From contig JASJLO010000021.1 in assembly GCA_037620605.1 (NCBI GenBank), positions 48,415-112,414 of the forward strand: DNA of 64,000 nt, in the 5' to 3' direction. Below the pieces are notes generated by a model. That model saw nothing but the letters and a program-made list of their open reading frames with translations. It ran no database searches and had not been told where the DNA came from. The position numbers and the translations under genes were made by a program. Source of the stretch: Candidatus Planktophila sp. GTDB lineage: Bacteria; Actinomycetota; Actinomycetes; Nanopelagicales; Nanopelagicaceae. Below are positions 39,025 to 49,602 of this stretch, one piece after another. Within the stretch, counting starts at the first letter, position 1. Each line of letters opens with the position of its first letter.

Positions 39025-42000
39025 CTACGCAGATTCGGATTCACGCAGCCGCTGTGAAATAACTTCACTTACCCCGTCACCGCGCATGGTCACACCGTAT
39101 AGGGCATCGGCAATCTCCATTGTGCGCTTCTGGTGCGTGATAATGATTAACTGTGAACTCTCGCGCAGCTCTTCTAAAATCACCAGTAACCGTCCCAAGT
39201 TAACATCATCTAAGGCGGCCTCGACCTCATCTAGTACATAGAAAGGACTTGGGCGCGCTTTAAATATTGCTACTAACATTGCGACAGCCGTTAGAGATTT
39301 CTCGCCACCTGAAAGCAGCGACAAACGCTTGATCCGCTTACCTGGAGGGCGCGCTTCCACATCTACTCCAGTATTTAATGGATCTTCTGGATTTGTGAGA
39401 ATTAATCGACCATCCCCGCCAGGAAAAAGCCTGGAGAAAATATCTTCAAAGTGTTTAGCAGTCTCTTCATAAGCTTCCATAAAGATCTGCTGTACCCGAT
39501 CATCTACTTCCTTGATGATATCTAATAAATCTTTCTTGGTGCGTTTCAAATCTTCTAGTTGTTCAGCCAAGAATTTTAAGCGTTCTTCTAAAGCGCTAAA
39601 TTCTTCCAGTGCTAGTGGATTAATTTTTCCAAGTAGCGTTAGTGATCGCTCTGTTGCCGCAAGTCGTTTCTCTTGTTGATCACGACGGTACGGGATCAAT
39701 TCGGTTGCAACAATTTCACCAGTTTCAGTCTCAATAAATGTTGGGACATCATTTTGTGGGCCATACTCGTTAACTAACGTTGTGGTATCAACGCCTAACT
39801 CTTCGACGCATTTAGCCTCCAACGCTTCGATACGCATCCTTTGCTCAGCACGCGCAATTTCATCTTTATGAACTGAAGATGTCAGCTGCTCTAGCTCGGA
39901 AGCTAATTCACGGCTGCGGGCGCGCACTGTAAGAGTTTCGCCCTCCCGGTCGGAACGAGATGCCTCTAACCTTGTGCGCTCAGTTGCTGCTTTTGCAATG
40001 GATCTTTCAATGTGAATAAGAGATTCATAGGCTGCTTCTGCGATAGCCGCAGATATAAGAGCACCTCTTGCACGTGCACCGCGACGAGTAACGGCCTTTT
40101 CGGACGCTTCTCTTTCGGCGTTGGCGGCATCTTCTAACGTCTTTGCGCGCGCTGCAATTGAATCGACCCGCTCTTCACTTGTGCGAACTGCCAGGCGCGC
40201 TTCTACCTCTGCGGTACGAGCAAGGGATACTTGGTTGCGTAATATTTCGGTAACCCCGTGGTCAGGTTCGGCTATCTCTCCATGTTGTTGTAGTTGAGCG
40301 CTAGCGATTGATAGCTCATCTTCATCGCGCCCCTTTGCGCTGGTTGCTTCAGAGATGGACCGATTTAATCTTTCTACCTCTGCTGAAGCAGACTTCATAT
40401 TTTGACCAGAGACTGCCAATTGTTCAGTTAGCGCTGCTATGCGGGCATCTGATTCATTTAGCTTAGATAAAGCCGTGTCGAATGCGCTCTGCATTGAATC
40501 TACTTCTGTCTGCGCCTTGGCAATTTCAAATTTAAGGCGATCGCATTCGTGAGTAATCGACTCTAGTTTTATCCGCAAATCTTGAACTAGCGCATTAATT
40601 TCAATAAGCGATGTAGATGAGGCAGAACCGCCACGAGCTCGCTTACTTGTAATGACATCACCATCGCGAGTAACTACAGTTAAATTTGGGTTTACTCGCA
40701 GAATAGCTTCGGCCTCACGAGCGCTTTCTACAACCACTGTCTCTGATAGAAGCGAAGATAGAAGCTCGCTGATTTGAGTCGAGTGCACATATGAGGACAA
40801 CGGAGTAAGACCACTTGGAAGCGTCGAAGCAGAATGTGTACCTGGTTCATGGACTAGAAGATCTGCTTGTCCTAAATTTTCGTTTCTTAAAGTTGTGAGC
40901 GCACTAACTGCAGAATTTAAATCTCTCACCACAATTGCATCAGAGAGTGAACCCAGCGCAGCAGCGGTAGCTGCCTCCCATCCTTTTTCCACATCGATCA
41001 AAGAGGCAATACTTCCTAGAATTGAGAGCCCTCGTGAATCTTTGATTAGGGCAGCTCCGCCATCGCGTGACTTTGATGTCAGCAACATCGCTTCTAACTT
41101 TGATTCAATCGCATTACGTTCGCGATCTGCGGCGCGCTCGGCATTTAGTAAATTACTTAACTCTAACTTTGCTTCATCAAAGCTCTGCTTTGCCGTCTCA
41201 AATTCCGAATCTAAGCCCAGCTCGCCAACGCCAGCACCAGAAATATCCATTTCAAAAGTTGAATACTCACGTTGGGCGTTATCAGCTCTAGACTGCGCTT
41301 CATTACGCGCTTTAGTTAAGCGCGCAATCTCTTCAGCAATAGCATCTAGGCGCGCAGCTAAAGATTTTATATGACCTTCTTGGCGCGCTGTACCTTCGCG
41401 TTGATCGGCGATTGCACGCATTGCCGCTGCAATTTTATCTTCTTCTGCCTTCAAAGTTGCTTCAGCCTTTACTAGATCTTCGGTAGTTTGCACAAGTGAT
41501 ATGCGAGCCCTTTCCACCCCAGATCGAATTTGTGACTCTTCGCCACGAAGTGCTGCCGCTTCTTCATCTAACGCTTGAGGGTCACGTCCAGCACTGCGCG
41601 CTTCCTCAGCTTCTTCAGCTAAAAACCTAGAGCGTTCTTGTGCCAGCGATTGCGTACCACGAAATTTTTCACGTAGAGCGCTAAGTGAATAAAAATTTTC
41701 TTGGGCCGCAATTAATAACGGGCTCTCGAGCGCTGCTTGTGTATCAAGGGCTGACTCGCGTGAACGAACCTGTTCAACTTCTTCTTCTACTAGATTCCGT
41801 CTTTGACGCAGAGCGGTTTCGTCGGCAACTTCGGCATCTAATGTTTTTGAGAGAGAAATATAATCATCAGCTAGTAAACGTAGCTTTGCATCACGTAAAT
41901 CTGCCTGAATAGTAGCTGCCTTCTTTGCGACTTCAGCTTGTTTGCCCAATGGCCGTAATTGACGGCGTAGCTCAACGGTTAAATCGTTTATACGAGCTAA

Positions 42001-42561
42001 ATTTGCTTGCATAGAATCTAATTTTCGAATGGCTTTTTCTTTGCGCTTGCGATGTTTAAGTACGCCCGCTGCTTCTTCAATAAATCCGCGGCGCTCTTCT
42101 GGGGTTGCCATTAAAATGGCATCAAGTTGGCCCTGACCAACAATCACATGCATCTCACGGCCAATTCCCGAATCGCTTAACAATTCTTGAATATCCAATA
42201 AACGCGTTGCTTCACCATTAATGTGATACTCACTTTGTCCATTGCGGAAGAGAATTCTTGAAATAGTTACTTCGGTGTAATCAATTGGCAGGGCGCCATC
42301 TGTATTGTCAATAGTTAATGAAACTTCTGCCCGACCCAGAGGAGCACGAGCGCTTGTTCCGGCAAAGATGACATCTTCCATCTTTCCGCCACGTAGTGAT
42401 TTAGCTCCTTGTTCACCCATTACCCAAGTGAGAGCATCTACAACGTTAGATTTTCCAGAGCCGTTAGGGCCAACGACGCAGGTAATGCCAGGTTCTAGAC
42501 GCAAAGTCGTCGCTGATGCAAAGGACTTAAAGCCCTTGAGCGTCATACTCTTTAAATACAC
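39025..42561 (-). CDS. smc: Chromosome segregation protein SMC
   Basis: 1178 aa with Walker A GPNGSGKSN, long coiled coils around a hinge, the C-terminal signature LSGGEKSL and Walker B FYVLDEVEAALD. Confidence 0.95.
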   Translation of the reverse strand: MYLKSMTLKGFKSFASATTLRLEPGITCVVGPNGSGKSNVVDALTWVMGEQGAKSLRGGKMEDVIFAGTSARAPLGRAEVSLTIDNTDGALPIDYTEVTISRILFRNGQSEYHINGEATRLLDIQELLSDSGIGREMHVIVGQGQLDAILMATPEERRGFIEEAAGVLKHRKRKEKAIRKLDSMQANLARINDLTVELRRQLRPLGKQAEVAKKAATIQADLRDAKLRLLADDYISLSKTLDAEVADETALRQRRNLVEEEVEQVRSRESALDTQAALESPLLIAAQENFYSLSALREKFRGTQSLAQERSRFLAEEAEEARSAGRDPQALDEEAAALRGEESQIRSGVERARISLVQTTEDLVKAEATLKAEEDKIAAAMRAIADQREGTARQEGHIKSLAARLDAIAEEIARLTKARNEAQSRADNAQREYSTFEMDISGAGVGELGLDSEFETAKQSFDEAKLELSNLLNAERAADRERNAIESKLEAMLLTSKSRDGGAALIKDSRGLSILGSIASLIDVEKGWEAATAAALGSLSDAIVVRDLNSAVSALTTLRNENLGQADLLVHEPGTHSASTLPSGLTPLSSYVHSTQISELLSSLLSETVVVESAREAEAILRVNPNLTVVTRDGDVITSKRARGGSASSTSLIEINALVQDLRIKLESITHECDRLKFEIAKAQTEVDSMQSAFDTALSKLNESDARIAALTEQLAVSGQNMKSASAEVERLNRSISEATSAKGRDEDELSIASAQLQQHGEIAEPDHGVTEILRNQVSLARTAEVEARLAVRTSEERVDSIAARAKTLEDAANAEREASEKAVTRRGARARGALISAAIAEAAYESLIHIERSIAKAATERTRLEASRSDREGETLTVRARSRELASELEQLTSSVHKDEIARAEQRMRIEALEAKCVEELGVDTTTLVNEYGPQNDVPTFIETETGEIVATELIPYRRDQQEKRLAATERSLTLLGKINPLALEEFSALEERLKFLAEQLEDLKRTKKDLLDIIKEVDDRVQQIFMEAYEETAKHFEDIFSRLFPGGDGRLILTNPEDPLNTGVDVEARPPGKRIKRLSLLSGGEKSLTAVAMLVAIFKARPSPFYVLDEVEAALDDVNLGRLLVILEELRESSQLIIITHQKRTMEIADALYGVTMRGDGVSEVISQRLRESESA

Positions 42562-42615
42562 GGAGTAAACCTACCGTTTAGGTGGCGTCTTTATATACGC
42601 GACGCAAGTGAAGTA

Positions 42616-43305
42616 CTACTTGAGGGTTGTGAGAATTTCATATGCTATTCGGGCGGCGGACTGTTCGGCTTCTCGTTTGCTCTTACCAACGCCTTCTGAA
42701 ATAGCTGCGCCAGAAATAAATACGACTGCTGTAAAACTCTTATCGTGATCAGGGCCTGACTCAGTCACCTGATACTCAAGAGAACCTTTGCCTAGTGAAG
42801 ATACGATTTCTTGTAACGCTGTCTTGCCATCTAGGCCAGCGCCTTTAGCCATTGCATTTTCGAGAGTATCTTTGATTAGGGCGCGCACAACGTTAGTGGT
42901 AATTTCAAATCCCTGATCTAAGTAAATGGCACCGATTAGCGCTTCGAGGGCATCGGCTAAGAGTGAATTCTTATCTCGCCCGCCAGTGACTTCTTCGCCT
43001 TTACCTAGGCGAATATAACTACCAAGATCTAGGGTGCGGGCAATCTCTGCGAGCGCCCGCATATTTACGATGCCAGAACGCAGCGGAGATAAACGTGATT
43101 CATCTAAATCTGGATACCTGAGATAAAGCTCTTCTGTGACTATCAATCCTAAAACTGAATCCCCTAAAAACTCGAGGCGTTCATTGGTTTCCTTTTCGCC
43201 GTTCTCGTAAGCAAAAGAGCGATGCGTAAAAGCTAACTTAAGCAATTCGGGTGAAACTTTTATTCCGAGTTGCGAAGTTAAAGAAGAGTACAGATCAGAC
43301 CTCAA
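42616..43305 (-). CDS. rnc: Ribonuclease III
   Basis: RNase III signature ERLEFLGDSVL plus a dsRBD (KTALQEIV...GKSKREAEQSAA). The TTG start at 43305 would overlap rpmF by 11 nt. Confidence 0.9.
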   Translation of the reverse strand: MRSDLYSSLTSQLGIKVSPELLKLAFTHRSFAYENGEKETNERLEFLGDSVLGLIVTEELYLRYPDLDESRLSPLRSGIVNMRALAEIARTLDLGSYIRLGKGEEVTGGRDKNSLLADALEALIGAIYLDQGFEITTNVVRALIKDTLENAMAKGAGLDGKTALQEIVSSLGKGSLEYQVTESGPDHDKSFTAVVFISGAAISEGVGKSKREAEQSAARIAYEILTTLK

Positions 43306-43468
43306 GAACCTGACGGCGGTTATATGTACCGCAAGTTGGACATGCTGTATGTGTCAACTTTTGCTGTTGGCATTGTGGGCATGCAGCAAGTGATGCTGCA
43401 GTTGTTTTCCACATGCTGCGGCGTGAACGTGTCTTTGAACGCGACATCTTTCGCTTTGGAACTGGCAC
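43295..43468 (-). CDS. rpmF: 50S ribosomal protein L32 (Zn-ribbon C+ form)
   Basis: Not in ORF track (57 aa). Manual translation from GTG 43468: MPVPKRKMSRSKTRSRRSMWKTTAASLAACPQCQQQKLTHTACPTCGTYNRRQVLEV. An AGGACGA SD-like sequence lies upstream. Confidence 0.9.
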   Translation of the reverse strand: MPVPKRKMSRSKTRSRRSMWKTTAASLAACPQCQQQKLTHTACPTCGTYNRRQVLEV

Positions 43469-43583
43469 GGTAATCGTCCTTAATCTCTACTTACCTCAGG
43501 GCATTTCCTGCTCAAGGCTTACAACGAATTAGTTCGGATCTCTTGATCGTAAGGATCATTTGATCGTATGGAGGAAGTATCCC

Positions 43584-44171
43584 TTATTCATCCAAATTCT
43601 TAAAATCCAAACCTGCCAAACCTGCCCAGCGAGCGTCAACGCCCTGGTGGGCATGCTCATCTGGCAGCTTTTCCCATTTCTCCCCGCAATCCGGGCATAA
43701 CCCTAGGCAATCGCTAGAACAGAGTGGATTAACCGGCAGATCCAGCACAATCGCATCTCGTAAAGGGGCCTCTAAATCTAAGTTATTTCCTTCTAACCAC
43801 AGTTCATCATCGCCATCTAGATCAATCTCCTCTTCTGGGCGCGCCTTGCGGCCACGCTTTCCAGATTTCTCTGCCGTCGGTTCATATAGATAGAGCTCTT
43901 GGATTTTTCGCTCAATGACAACTTCAATCGGATCTAGGCAGCGAATGCATTCACCCTTAGCAATTGCATAAACATCAGCGCTCAGGAGAATTCCCTCAGT
44001 AACTGATTCAAGGCGCATATCAACCTCGATTAAATCACCGGCCGGAACCGCTATTAGCGCAATGCCAACTGGCTCCAATATTTGAAGATCTAACTGATAC
44101 TCCTTCAATTCGCCTGCACGTCTTGGCAGCTCATGTGTATTAAATTGGAAGACCTGCGACGCGCGACTCAT
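43584..44171 (-). CDS. YceD/DUF177-family protein
   Basis: Cys pairs CIRC and CSSDCLGLCPDCG, an acidic linker, and the conserved position upstream of rpmF. Confidence 0.85.
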   Translation of the reverse strand: MSRASQVFQFNTHELPRRAGELKEYQLDLQILEPVGIALIAVPAGDLIEVDMRLESVTEGILLSADVYAIAKGECIRCLDPIEVVIERKIQELYLYEPTAEKSGKRGRKARPEEEIDLDGDDELWLEGNNLDLEAPLRDAIVLDLPVNPLCSSDCLGLCPDCGEKWEKLPDEHAHQGVDARWAGLAGLDFKNLDE

Positions 44172-44208
44172 CTAAATAATCCTTCTATAGCTCTAAATTA
44201 CAGCGCGG

Positions 44209-44691
44209 TTAATTATCGTCAGCGAGTTGTGAAAGTACATCTTTATCATTGGCGCCATCTAAGCGTTCACGGCCACGGGTTACCGCATCCAAAGTCTTAT
44301 TTAAAATTACCTCGAGAGTTGCCAGGCGCGCATCAATATAGCTTTCAACTTCGGCTCTTTCATCTGCCGCAATTGAGCGCGCATCATCGAGTATGCGCTG
44401 TGCCTCATCTCGCGCCGCTTGCACAATTGCAGCTTGCTCTACCATTCGGGCAACTTCTTCACGACCGGTTGCGATAAGTCTCTCTGAACTGGCACGGCCT
44501 TCTTCTATTAGCGCTTCGCGCCGAGCCAAAATATCTTGGGCATCGTAAAGATCTTTAGGGAGCACCTCCCGCGCATCATCTAGAATCTCCAGCATTTCGC
44601 TACGGTGGATTACGCACGATGCTGAGAGAGGTACTCCACGTGCTTCCTCTATTACCGTAATAGCAGTGTTAAGTTTTTCAATTGCGTCCAT
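44209..44691 (-). CDS. Coiled-coil protein, Rv2927c/SepIVA-like by position (DivIVA/ATP-synthase-b-like annotation class)
   Basis: EEARGVPLSASCVIHRSEMLEILDD followed by Ala/Arg/Glu-rich coiled coil. It lies upstream of DUF177-rpmF-rnc. The assignment rests on synteny and memory. Confidence 0.5.
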   Translation of the reverse strand: MDAIEKLNTAITVIEEARGVPLSASCVIHRSEMLEILDDAREVLPKDLYDAQDILARREALIEEGRASSERLIATGREEVARMVEQAAIVQAARDEAQRILDDARSIAADERAEVESYIDARLATLEVILNKTLDAVTRGRERLDGANDKDVLSQLADDN

Positions 44692-44693
44692 TA

Positions 44694-45173
44694 TTACTTC
44701 CCTGCTACTCGGATTTTAAGGGCATCATTTACGATACCCGGAACCATGGATGATACATCGCCACCGTAATGTGCCAGTTCCTTAACAATGGAAGATGAAA
44801 GAAATGAATGTGCTGGGGATGTCGCCATTAACATAGTCTCGACCCCTGCTCCCTGTAAATTAATTTGCGCCATCTGCAATTCATAATCAAAATCTGTAAC
44901 TGCTCGTAAGCCTTTTACAATAACTTGAATCGAATTGGTTTTGCAGTAATCAACTAATAAACCGTGCCAGGAATCAATTTTAACATTTTTAATATTAGAG
45001 GTCGTTTTTGTAATCATATCCATTCGCTCCTCGACAGAAAATAAGCTGGCTTTTGTGCGATTGGCTAGGACTGCAACGACTATTTCATCAAACTGCTGAC
45101 TTGCGCGTTCGATAATATCGAGATGTCCAAAAGTGACTGGGTCGAAGGATCCTGGGCAGACGGCGCGCTTCAT
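44694..45173 (-). CDS. coaD: Phosphopantetheine adenylyltransferase
   Basis: CPGSFDPVTFGHLDII (HxGH), 159 aa. Confidence 0.95.
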   Translation of the reverse strand: MKRAVCPGSFDPVTFGHLDIIERASQQFDEIVVAVLANRTKASLFSVEERMDMITKTTSNIKNVKIDSWHGLLVDYCKTNSIQVIVKGLRAVTDFDYELQMAQINLQGAGVETMLMATSPAHSFLSSSIVKELAHYGGDVSSMVPGIVNDALKIRVAGK

Positions 45174-45202
45174 GGAGCAAACGCTAGCAACGATTACAGC
45201 GG

Positions 45203-45790
45203 TTATCCATTTACAGGCTCAATAGGCACGGGAGTAGCGTAGAAAATAGTGGCCTGACCGTAGTTTTTTTCGCGCAGCGCCACATAACCTGATGGCCAAG
45301 AAATTTCCTTTACTCGAGAATTGCGTTCAATGGCAATTAAGGCTTGTGGGTCTAGAAATTCACCTGTCTGTAAGTGAATTAAAGTCTCAACTACATCAAG
45401 ATCTTCTGCATCGTAAGGTGGATCTATATAGACAAAGTGGTACTGCAACGTAGGACGATCCCGAAGAAAACGTGTTACATCTAAGTTGTATAAGTGGAAA
45501 CTACCTTCGAATTGCGCTGATTTAATCGCCTCGTAATTACTAACGATACATTTTTGCGCCTGCTCATTATTTTCAACTGCATGCACAACCGCCGCTCCAC
45601 GTGAGAGAGATTCGAGGGCGATGGCTCCAGTCCCGGCGTATAGATCGAGAACATTTAAGTTGGTAAAGGTTCCAAATTCTGAAGTCAGAGTAGAAAAGAG
45701 CGCTTCACGTGCGCGATCAGAGGTTGGACGAGTAGATGTAGCAACGGCTGCAATATTTCGGCCCTTCGCCTTACCTGCGATAATGCGCAA
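45203..45790 (-). CDS. rsmD: 16S rRNA (guanine966-N2)-methyltransferase RsmD
   Basis: (M)RIIAGKAKGR, LDLYAGTGA and VYIDPPY. The TTG at 45790 lies just after the recG stop; the track start 45844 overlaps recG. Confidence 0.88.
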   Translation of the reverse strand: MRIIAGKAKGRNIAAVATSTRPTSDRAREALFSTLTSEFGTFTNLNVLDLYAGTGAIALESLSRGAAVVHAVENNEQAQKCIVSNYEAIKSAQFEGSFHLYNLDVTRFLRDRPTLQYHFVYIDPPYDAEDLDVVETLIHLQTGEFLDPQALIAIERNSRVKEISWPSGYVALREKNYGQATIFYATPVPIEPVNG

Positions 45791-45794
45791 TTTA

Positions 45795-47987
45795 CTACCC
45801 CTTATCAATAAATTCTGCAGATGCATCTGCCTGTAATTTCGCAAGTTCTGCTTTAAGTAAAGGATATCTCTTTAACTCTGGGTCGTCGGCTAATAATTTT
45901 GCAGCGCTAACCCGCGCAATTTCAATCAAATTTTCATCACGCAATACTCGCAATAAACGTAGGTGTGATCTAGAACCAGATTGAGATGCGCCTAGAACAT
46001 CTCCTTCGCGCCGCTGTTCCAGATCTATACGAGCTAGTTCAAATCCATCTAAGGTTTTAGTTACCGCATCCAAGCGCTCTCTGGCGGCAGACTCGAGGGC
46101 AGCAGATGTAACCAAGAGACATAGCCCTGGTGAAGTACCGCGACCTACGCGTCCACGAAGTTGATGCAACTGAGAGATTCCAAACCTATCAGCATCCATA
46201 ATTACCATGACGGTAGCGTTTGACACATCCACACCGACCTCAATTACCGTCGTGGAAATCAGAACATCGATCTCGCCTTTTGCAAATGCCTGCATGGTGG
46301 CGCTTTTAACATCAGCGCTTTGGCGACCGTGGAGTGGGGCGATTTTTAATCCCTTTAACGGGCCTGACTGCAATTCGGGGCCAAGTTCATCAACAGATGC
46401 AATTTCTGGTGAATCTTCACCATAAAGAAAATCTAAATCTGCATTCTCTGAAGTTCCAGGTGCTATTCGTGGCGCGACGATATAAGCCTGGTGACCTAGC
46501 GAAACTTCTTCTCGAATTCTCTGCCAGGCTCGTTCCAAGAAGGCCGGTTTCTCCAGCGTTGGAATTAGATGGGTTGTAATCGGTTGTCTACCAAGTGGAA
46601 GTTCACGCAAGGTTGATATATCTAAATCACCAAAGACTGTCATCGCAACTGTGCGCGGAATTGGAGTTGCTGTCATAACTAGAAGATGCGGCGGATTGAC
46701 TGCTTTACTTTTTAAAGCATCACGTTGTTCAACGCCGAAACGATGCTGTTCATCAACAACAATCAAACCTAAATCGTTAAAGGCAACTGATTCACCTAGG
46801 AGTGCGTGAGTTCCTATAACTATTCCAGCATCCCCCGATGCGGCTAGCACTAAAGCTTCCTTGCGTGAAGCAACACTTTGCGATCCAGTTAATAATGTAA
46901 CTTGTGTAGCATTTTCACTTGCACCTAACCTGCCCCCTTGTGCCAGTGGGCCAAGCAATTTCTCAATTGTGCGCAGGTGTTGCGCGGCTAAAACCTCTGT
47001 GGGCGCCAAAAGCGCTGCCTGTCCTCCACTTTCGACTACTGCCAACATGGCACGAAGTGCAACGACAGTTTTTCCCGAGCCAACTTCGCCTTGGAGCAAT
47101 CTATGCATTGGGTGCGCCGCGGCTAAATCTCGCTCTATCTCTTGGCTAATAGCAACCTGGCCAGGAGTTAATTCCCATGGCAGGCCAGCATCAAATTCCG
47201 TCAATATTCCAGTACTAGTTGCGCATCTGGCAGTCGTTTTTAGCGCGCGTAGCTCTGCTCTTCTCTCTAAAAGCAGCATCTGCAATAAGAACGCTTCGTC
47301 GAAAGTCATGCGCGCTCTAGAACGTTCGGCACTCTCTAAATCAACTGGGTTGTGAATCTGCGCTATCGCTTCTTGCAATGTTGGATAGTTAAACTCTTCT
47401 AAAATCGAGGATGGCATAAAATCTGTAATTTCATCTAGTGCGCCAATTGCCAAATTGATGCATTGCGCAATCTTCCAAGACGGTAGTTTTGAACTTGCTG
47501 GATACATTGGTAAATATTTTCCAGCGAAGGCAGCAATGGCGGAATCAACATCATTTCCATCGGGAATTAATTCATAATCGGGGTGAGCTAATTGGCGTTT
47601 ACCGTTAAAGACTCCAACCTTCCCGGCAAATAGCGCTTGCTTACCAGCTCGCAACTCTTTCTCGCGCCAGGCTTGATTGAAGAAAGTTAACGACATCTTG
47701 GCACTGCCATCAGTGACGATTACTTCCAGGATGCTGCCTTTACGCCCATGCAATTTACGGCTAGTTGAGCTAAAAATTTCCGCTAGAACTGTTACCTCAT
47801 CTCCTTCCTGCAATTCTGCAATATCGCTGAGTTCACCTCGAACTAGATAACGCCTCGGGTAGTGGTGAAGCAGATCCGAGATGGTCTCAAATGAAAAGAC
47901 CGCCGCCAATACTTTTGCGGTTCGGTCACCAACGACATTTACTAACTTGGTCTCAAGTTTTGAATCGAGGTTGGCCATGAGGTCCAT
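45795..47987 (-). CDS. recG: ATP-dependent DNA helicase RecG
   Basis: Wedge/OB domain plus SF2 helicase motifs (GEVGSGKT, DEQHRFG, MTATPIPRT, QLHQLRGRVGRG). Confidence 0.95.
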   Translation of the reverse strand: MDLMANLDSKLETKLVNVVGDRTAKVLAAVFSFETISDLLHHYPRRYLVRGELSDIAELQEGDEVTVLAEIFSSTSRKLHGRKGSILEVIVTDGSAKMSLTFFNQAWREKELRAGKQALFAGKVGVFNGKRQLAHPDYELIPDGNDVDSAIAAFAGKYLPMYPASSKLPSWKIAQCINLAIGALDEITDFMPSSILEEFNYPTLQEAIAQIHNPVDLESAERSRARMTFDEAFLLQMLLLERRAELRALKTTARCATSTGILTEFDAGLPWELTPGQVAISQEIERDLAAAHPMHRLLQGEVGSGKTVVALRAMLAVVESGGQAALLAPTEVLAAQHLRTIEKLLGPLAQGGRLGASENATQVTLLTGSQSVASRKEALVLAASGDAGIVIGTHALLGESVAFNDLGLIVVDEQHRFGVEQRDALKSKAVNPPHLLVMTATPIPRTVAMTVFGDLDISTLRELPLGRQPITTHLIPTLEKPAFLERAWQRIREEVSLGHQAYIVAPRIAPGTSENADLDFLYGEDSPEIASVDELGPELQSGPLKGLKIAPLHGRQSADVKSATMQAFAKGEIDVLISTTVIEVGVDVSNATVMVIMDADRFGISQLHQLRGRVGRGTSPGLCLLVTSAALESAARERLDAVTKTLDGFELARIDLEQRREGDVLGASQSGSRSHLRLLRVLRDENLIEIARVSAAKLLADDPELKRYPLLKAELAKLQADASAEFIDKG

Positions 47988-48110
47988 TCTCGCGTGAAAT
48001 ACTCCGAATTAGCGTGAAGGGGGGCCTTATTGCTACCCTTACCTCCTAACATCCACCTGGCCGCAATTGGGGCTCAGGCAAGTAAATCGGAATTTAAAAG
48101 GAGTACTGCT

Positions 48111-48296
48111 GTGGCATCAACATGCGATATCTGTGGCAAAGGGCCCAGCTTTGGAAATAAGGTCTCTCACTCGCAGGTCAAGACTCGTCGACGTTGGAAT
48201 CCAAATATTCAACGCATCAAGACTCTAGTTGGCGGAAGTGCAAAGCGTCAGAATGTCTGTACCTCTTGCCTGAAAGCTGGCAAAGTTTCACGTTAA
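48111..48296 (+). CDS. rpmB: 50S ribosomal protein L28 (Zn-ribbon C+ form)
   Basis: (M)[33 protein letters not shown]...[10 protein letters not shown]. The GTG at 48111 lies 7 nt after AAAGGAG; the track start 48030 is unlikely. Confidence 0.92.
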   Translation: MASTCDICGKGPSFGNKVSHSQVKTRRRWNPNIQRIKTLVGGSAKRQNVCTSCLKAGKVSR

Positions 48297-48343
48297 TCGG
48301 TTTTTAACTAGTTTTCTGCAAGATAGCGCTTCGTTAAAGAACT

Positions 48344-49273
48344 CTACCCAAAATGGTTCCAGGTATTAACCTTCAAATTGGAAGGAACTCCTGCGAGGCC
48401 AGATCCTGGAACAACCTTACCAATCAACAGACCTGGTAGTCCTTGCCCTGTTGCTAAAAGTGCATGGTCTTCCCCACCACCAAATATCCATTGCCAGATA
48501 TCTACCCCCATAGCAACTGCCACAGATTCCAATTCTGCAAACTCTTCGACTTTTGAAATAGATTCAATATTAAATTCAAGTTTTACCTCAGATGCAAGTG
48601 ACAATTGGGTAGCTTGCTCAATTAAGGAATCACTAATATCGCAGAGCGCAGTTGCTCTATTTGTATCAAATTTATAATCGATTGATGGCGCTTTATATTC
48701 CTGCAGCGCTTTTTCCTGGGCTTTCGTGGTTGCTGTTACTAAATTTTCCAAAATGGATAACCCAGCGGCAGACCAACCGGTCAACGATGACAAGTAAATT
48801 CCATCACCGACTCGAGCTCCATCTCTGGTAATTGCCCGTTCGCAACTTCCTATGGCAGAGATAGTAATTACGATTTTCTCACTTCGAGAAATATCCCCCC
48901 CAATTACCGTGAATCCAGCTAAATCTGCCTCATCTTTTATTCCACGGGCTAACTCCTCGATCCAATCAAGGTCTTCTCTGCCAGTTAACGCAACAGCTAC
49001 TAATAAAAAATTTGGAAGTGCCCCCATGGCTAAAATATCAGCCGAATTTGCAGCAGCAACTTTCCGACCGATTTCAAATGGTGAAGACCAATCCGTGCGA
49101 AAGTGCACGCCTTCGACCGCCATATCAGTGGTCATTACTTGACGTGCGCTACCCGCCACAACCGCCGCATCATCTCCAATGCCTACCTCCAGGCGGGGAT
49201 CGGATTTTTTAAATATTTCACGCAGACGGGCTATGACTTGCGCTTCGGTATATGACTGAGAGTTGCTGCCCAT
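48344..49273 (-). CDS. thiL: Thiamine-monophosphate kinase
   Basis: AIR-synthase-like fold (GIGDDAAVV, TDMAVEGVHF, GGDIS, GGGEDHALL). Confidence 0.9.
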   Translation of the reverse strand: MGSNSQSYTEAQVIARLREIFKKSDPRLEVGIGDDAAVVAGSARQVMTTDMAVEGVHFRTDWSSPFEIGRKVAAANSADILAMGALPNFLLVAVALTGREDLDWIEELARGIKDEADLAGFTVIGGDISRSEKIVITISAIGSCERAITRDGARVGDGIYLSSLTGWSAAGLSILENLVTATTKAQEKALQEYKAPSIDYKFDTNRATALCDISDSLIEQATQLSLASEVKLEFNIESISKVEEFAELESVAVAMGVDIWQWIFGGGEDHALLATGQGLPGLLIGKVVPGSGLAGVPSNLKVNTWNHFG

Positions 49274-49361
49274 AGAGCCAAGACTAGAACATGAATGGAA
49301 GTTGGAGTACCTTTATGCTCATCCTCAATGGCGAAGCGGTCACGAGAAAGGTTAAACCTCA

Positions 49362-49595
49362 ATGTCAGTTCAAGCATTTATTTTGATTCAAACTGAAGTC
49401 GGTAAAGCTTCCAGTGTCGCGAAATCTATCTCTGCGATCACTGGCGTAACGCTTGCAGAAGGCGTGACTGGTCCTTACGACGTGATCATGCGTGCTGAAG
49501 CACCTTCCATGGAAGAATTTGGCCGCACTATCTTGTCCAAAGTTCAGGCCGTGGCCGGTATAACACGTACCTTAACTTGCCCAGTCACTTACTAA
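49362..49595 (+). CDS. Stand-alone Lrp/AsnC ligand-binding (RAM) domain protein
   Basis: 77 aa: AFILIQTEVGK...GVTGPYDVIMRAEAPSMEEFGRTILSKVQAVAGITRT. Confidence 0.75.
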   Translation: MSVQAFILIQTEVGKASSVAKSISAITGVTLAEGVTGPYDVIMRAEAPSMEEFGRTILSKVQAVAGITRTLTCPVTY

Positions 49596-49602
49596 TCAAT
49601 CT

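Noticed and set aside
40895-41374. Long antisense ORFs inside smc (also 13209-13667 in fadB, 37011-37394 in amt, 46861-47355 in recG, 33296-33613 in ffh)
   Set aside because: They lie opposite strongly supported genes, are Ser/Ala/Arg/Pro-rich low-complexity translations, and show no motifs. This is typical frame-shadow ORFs.
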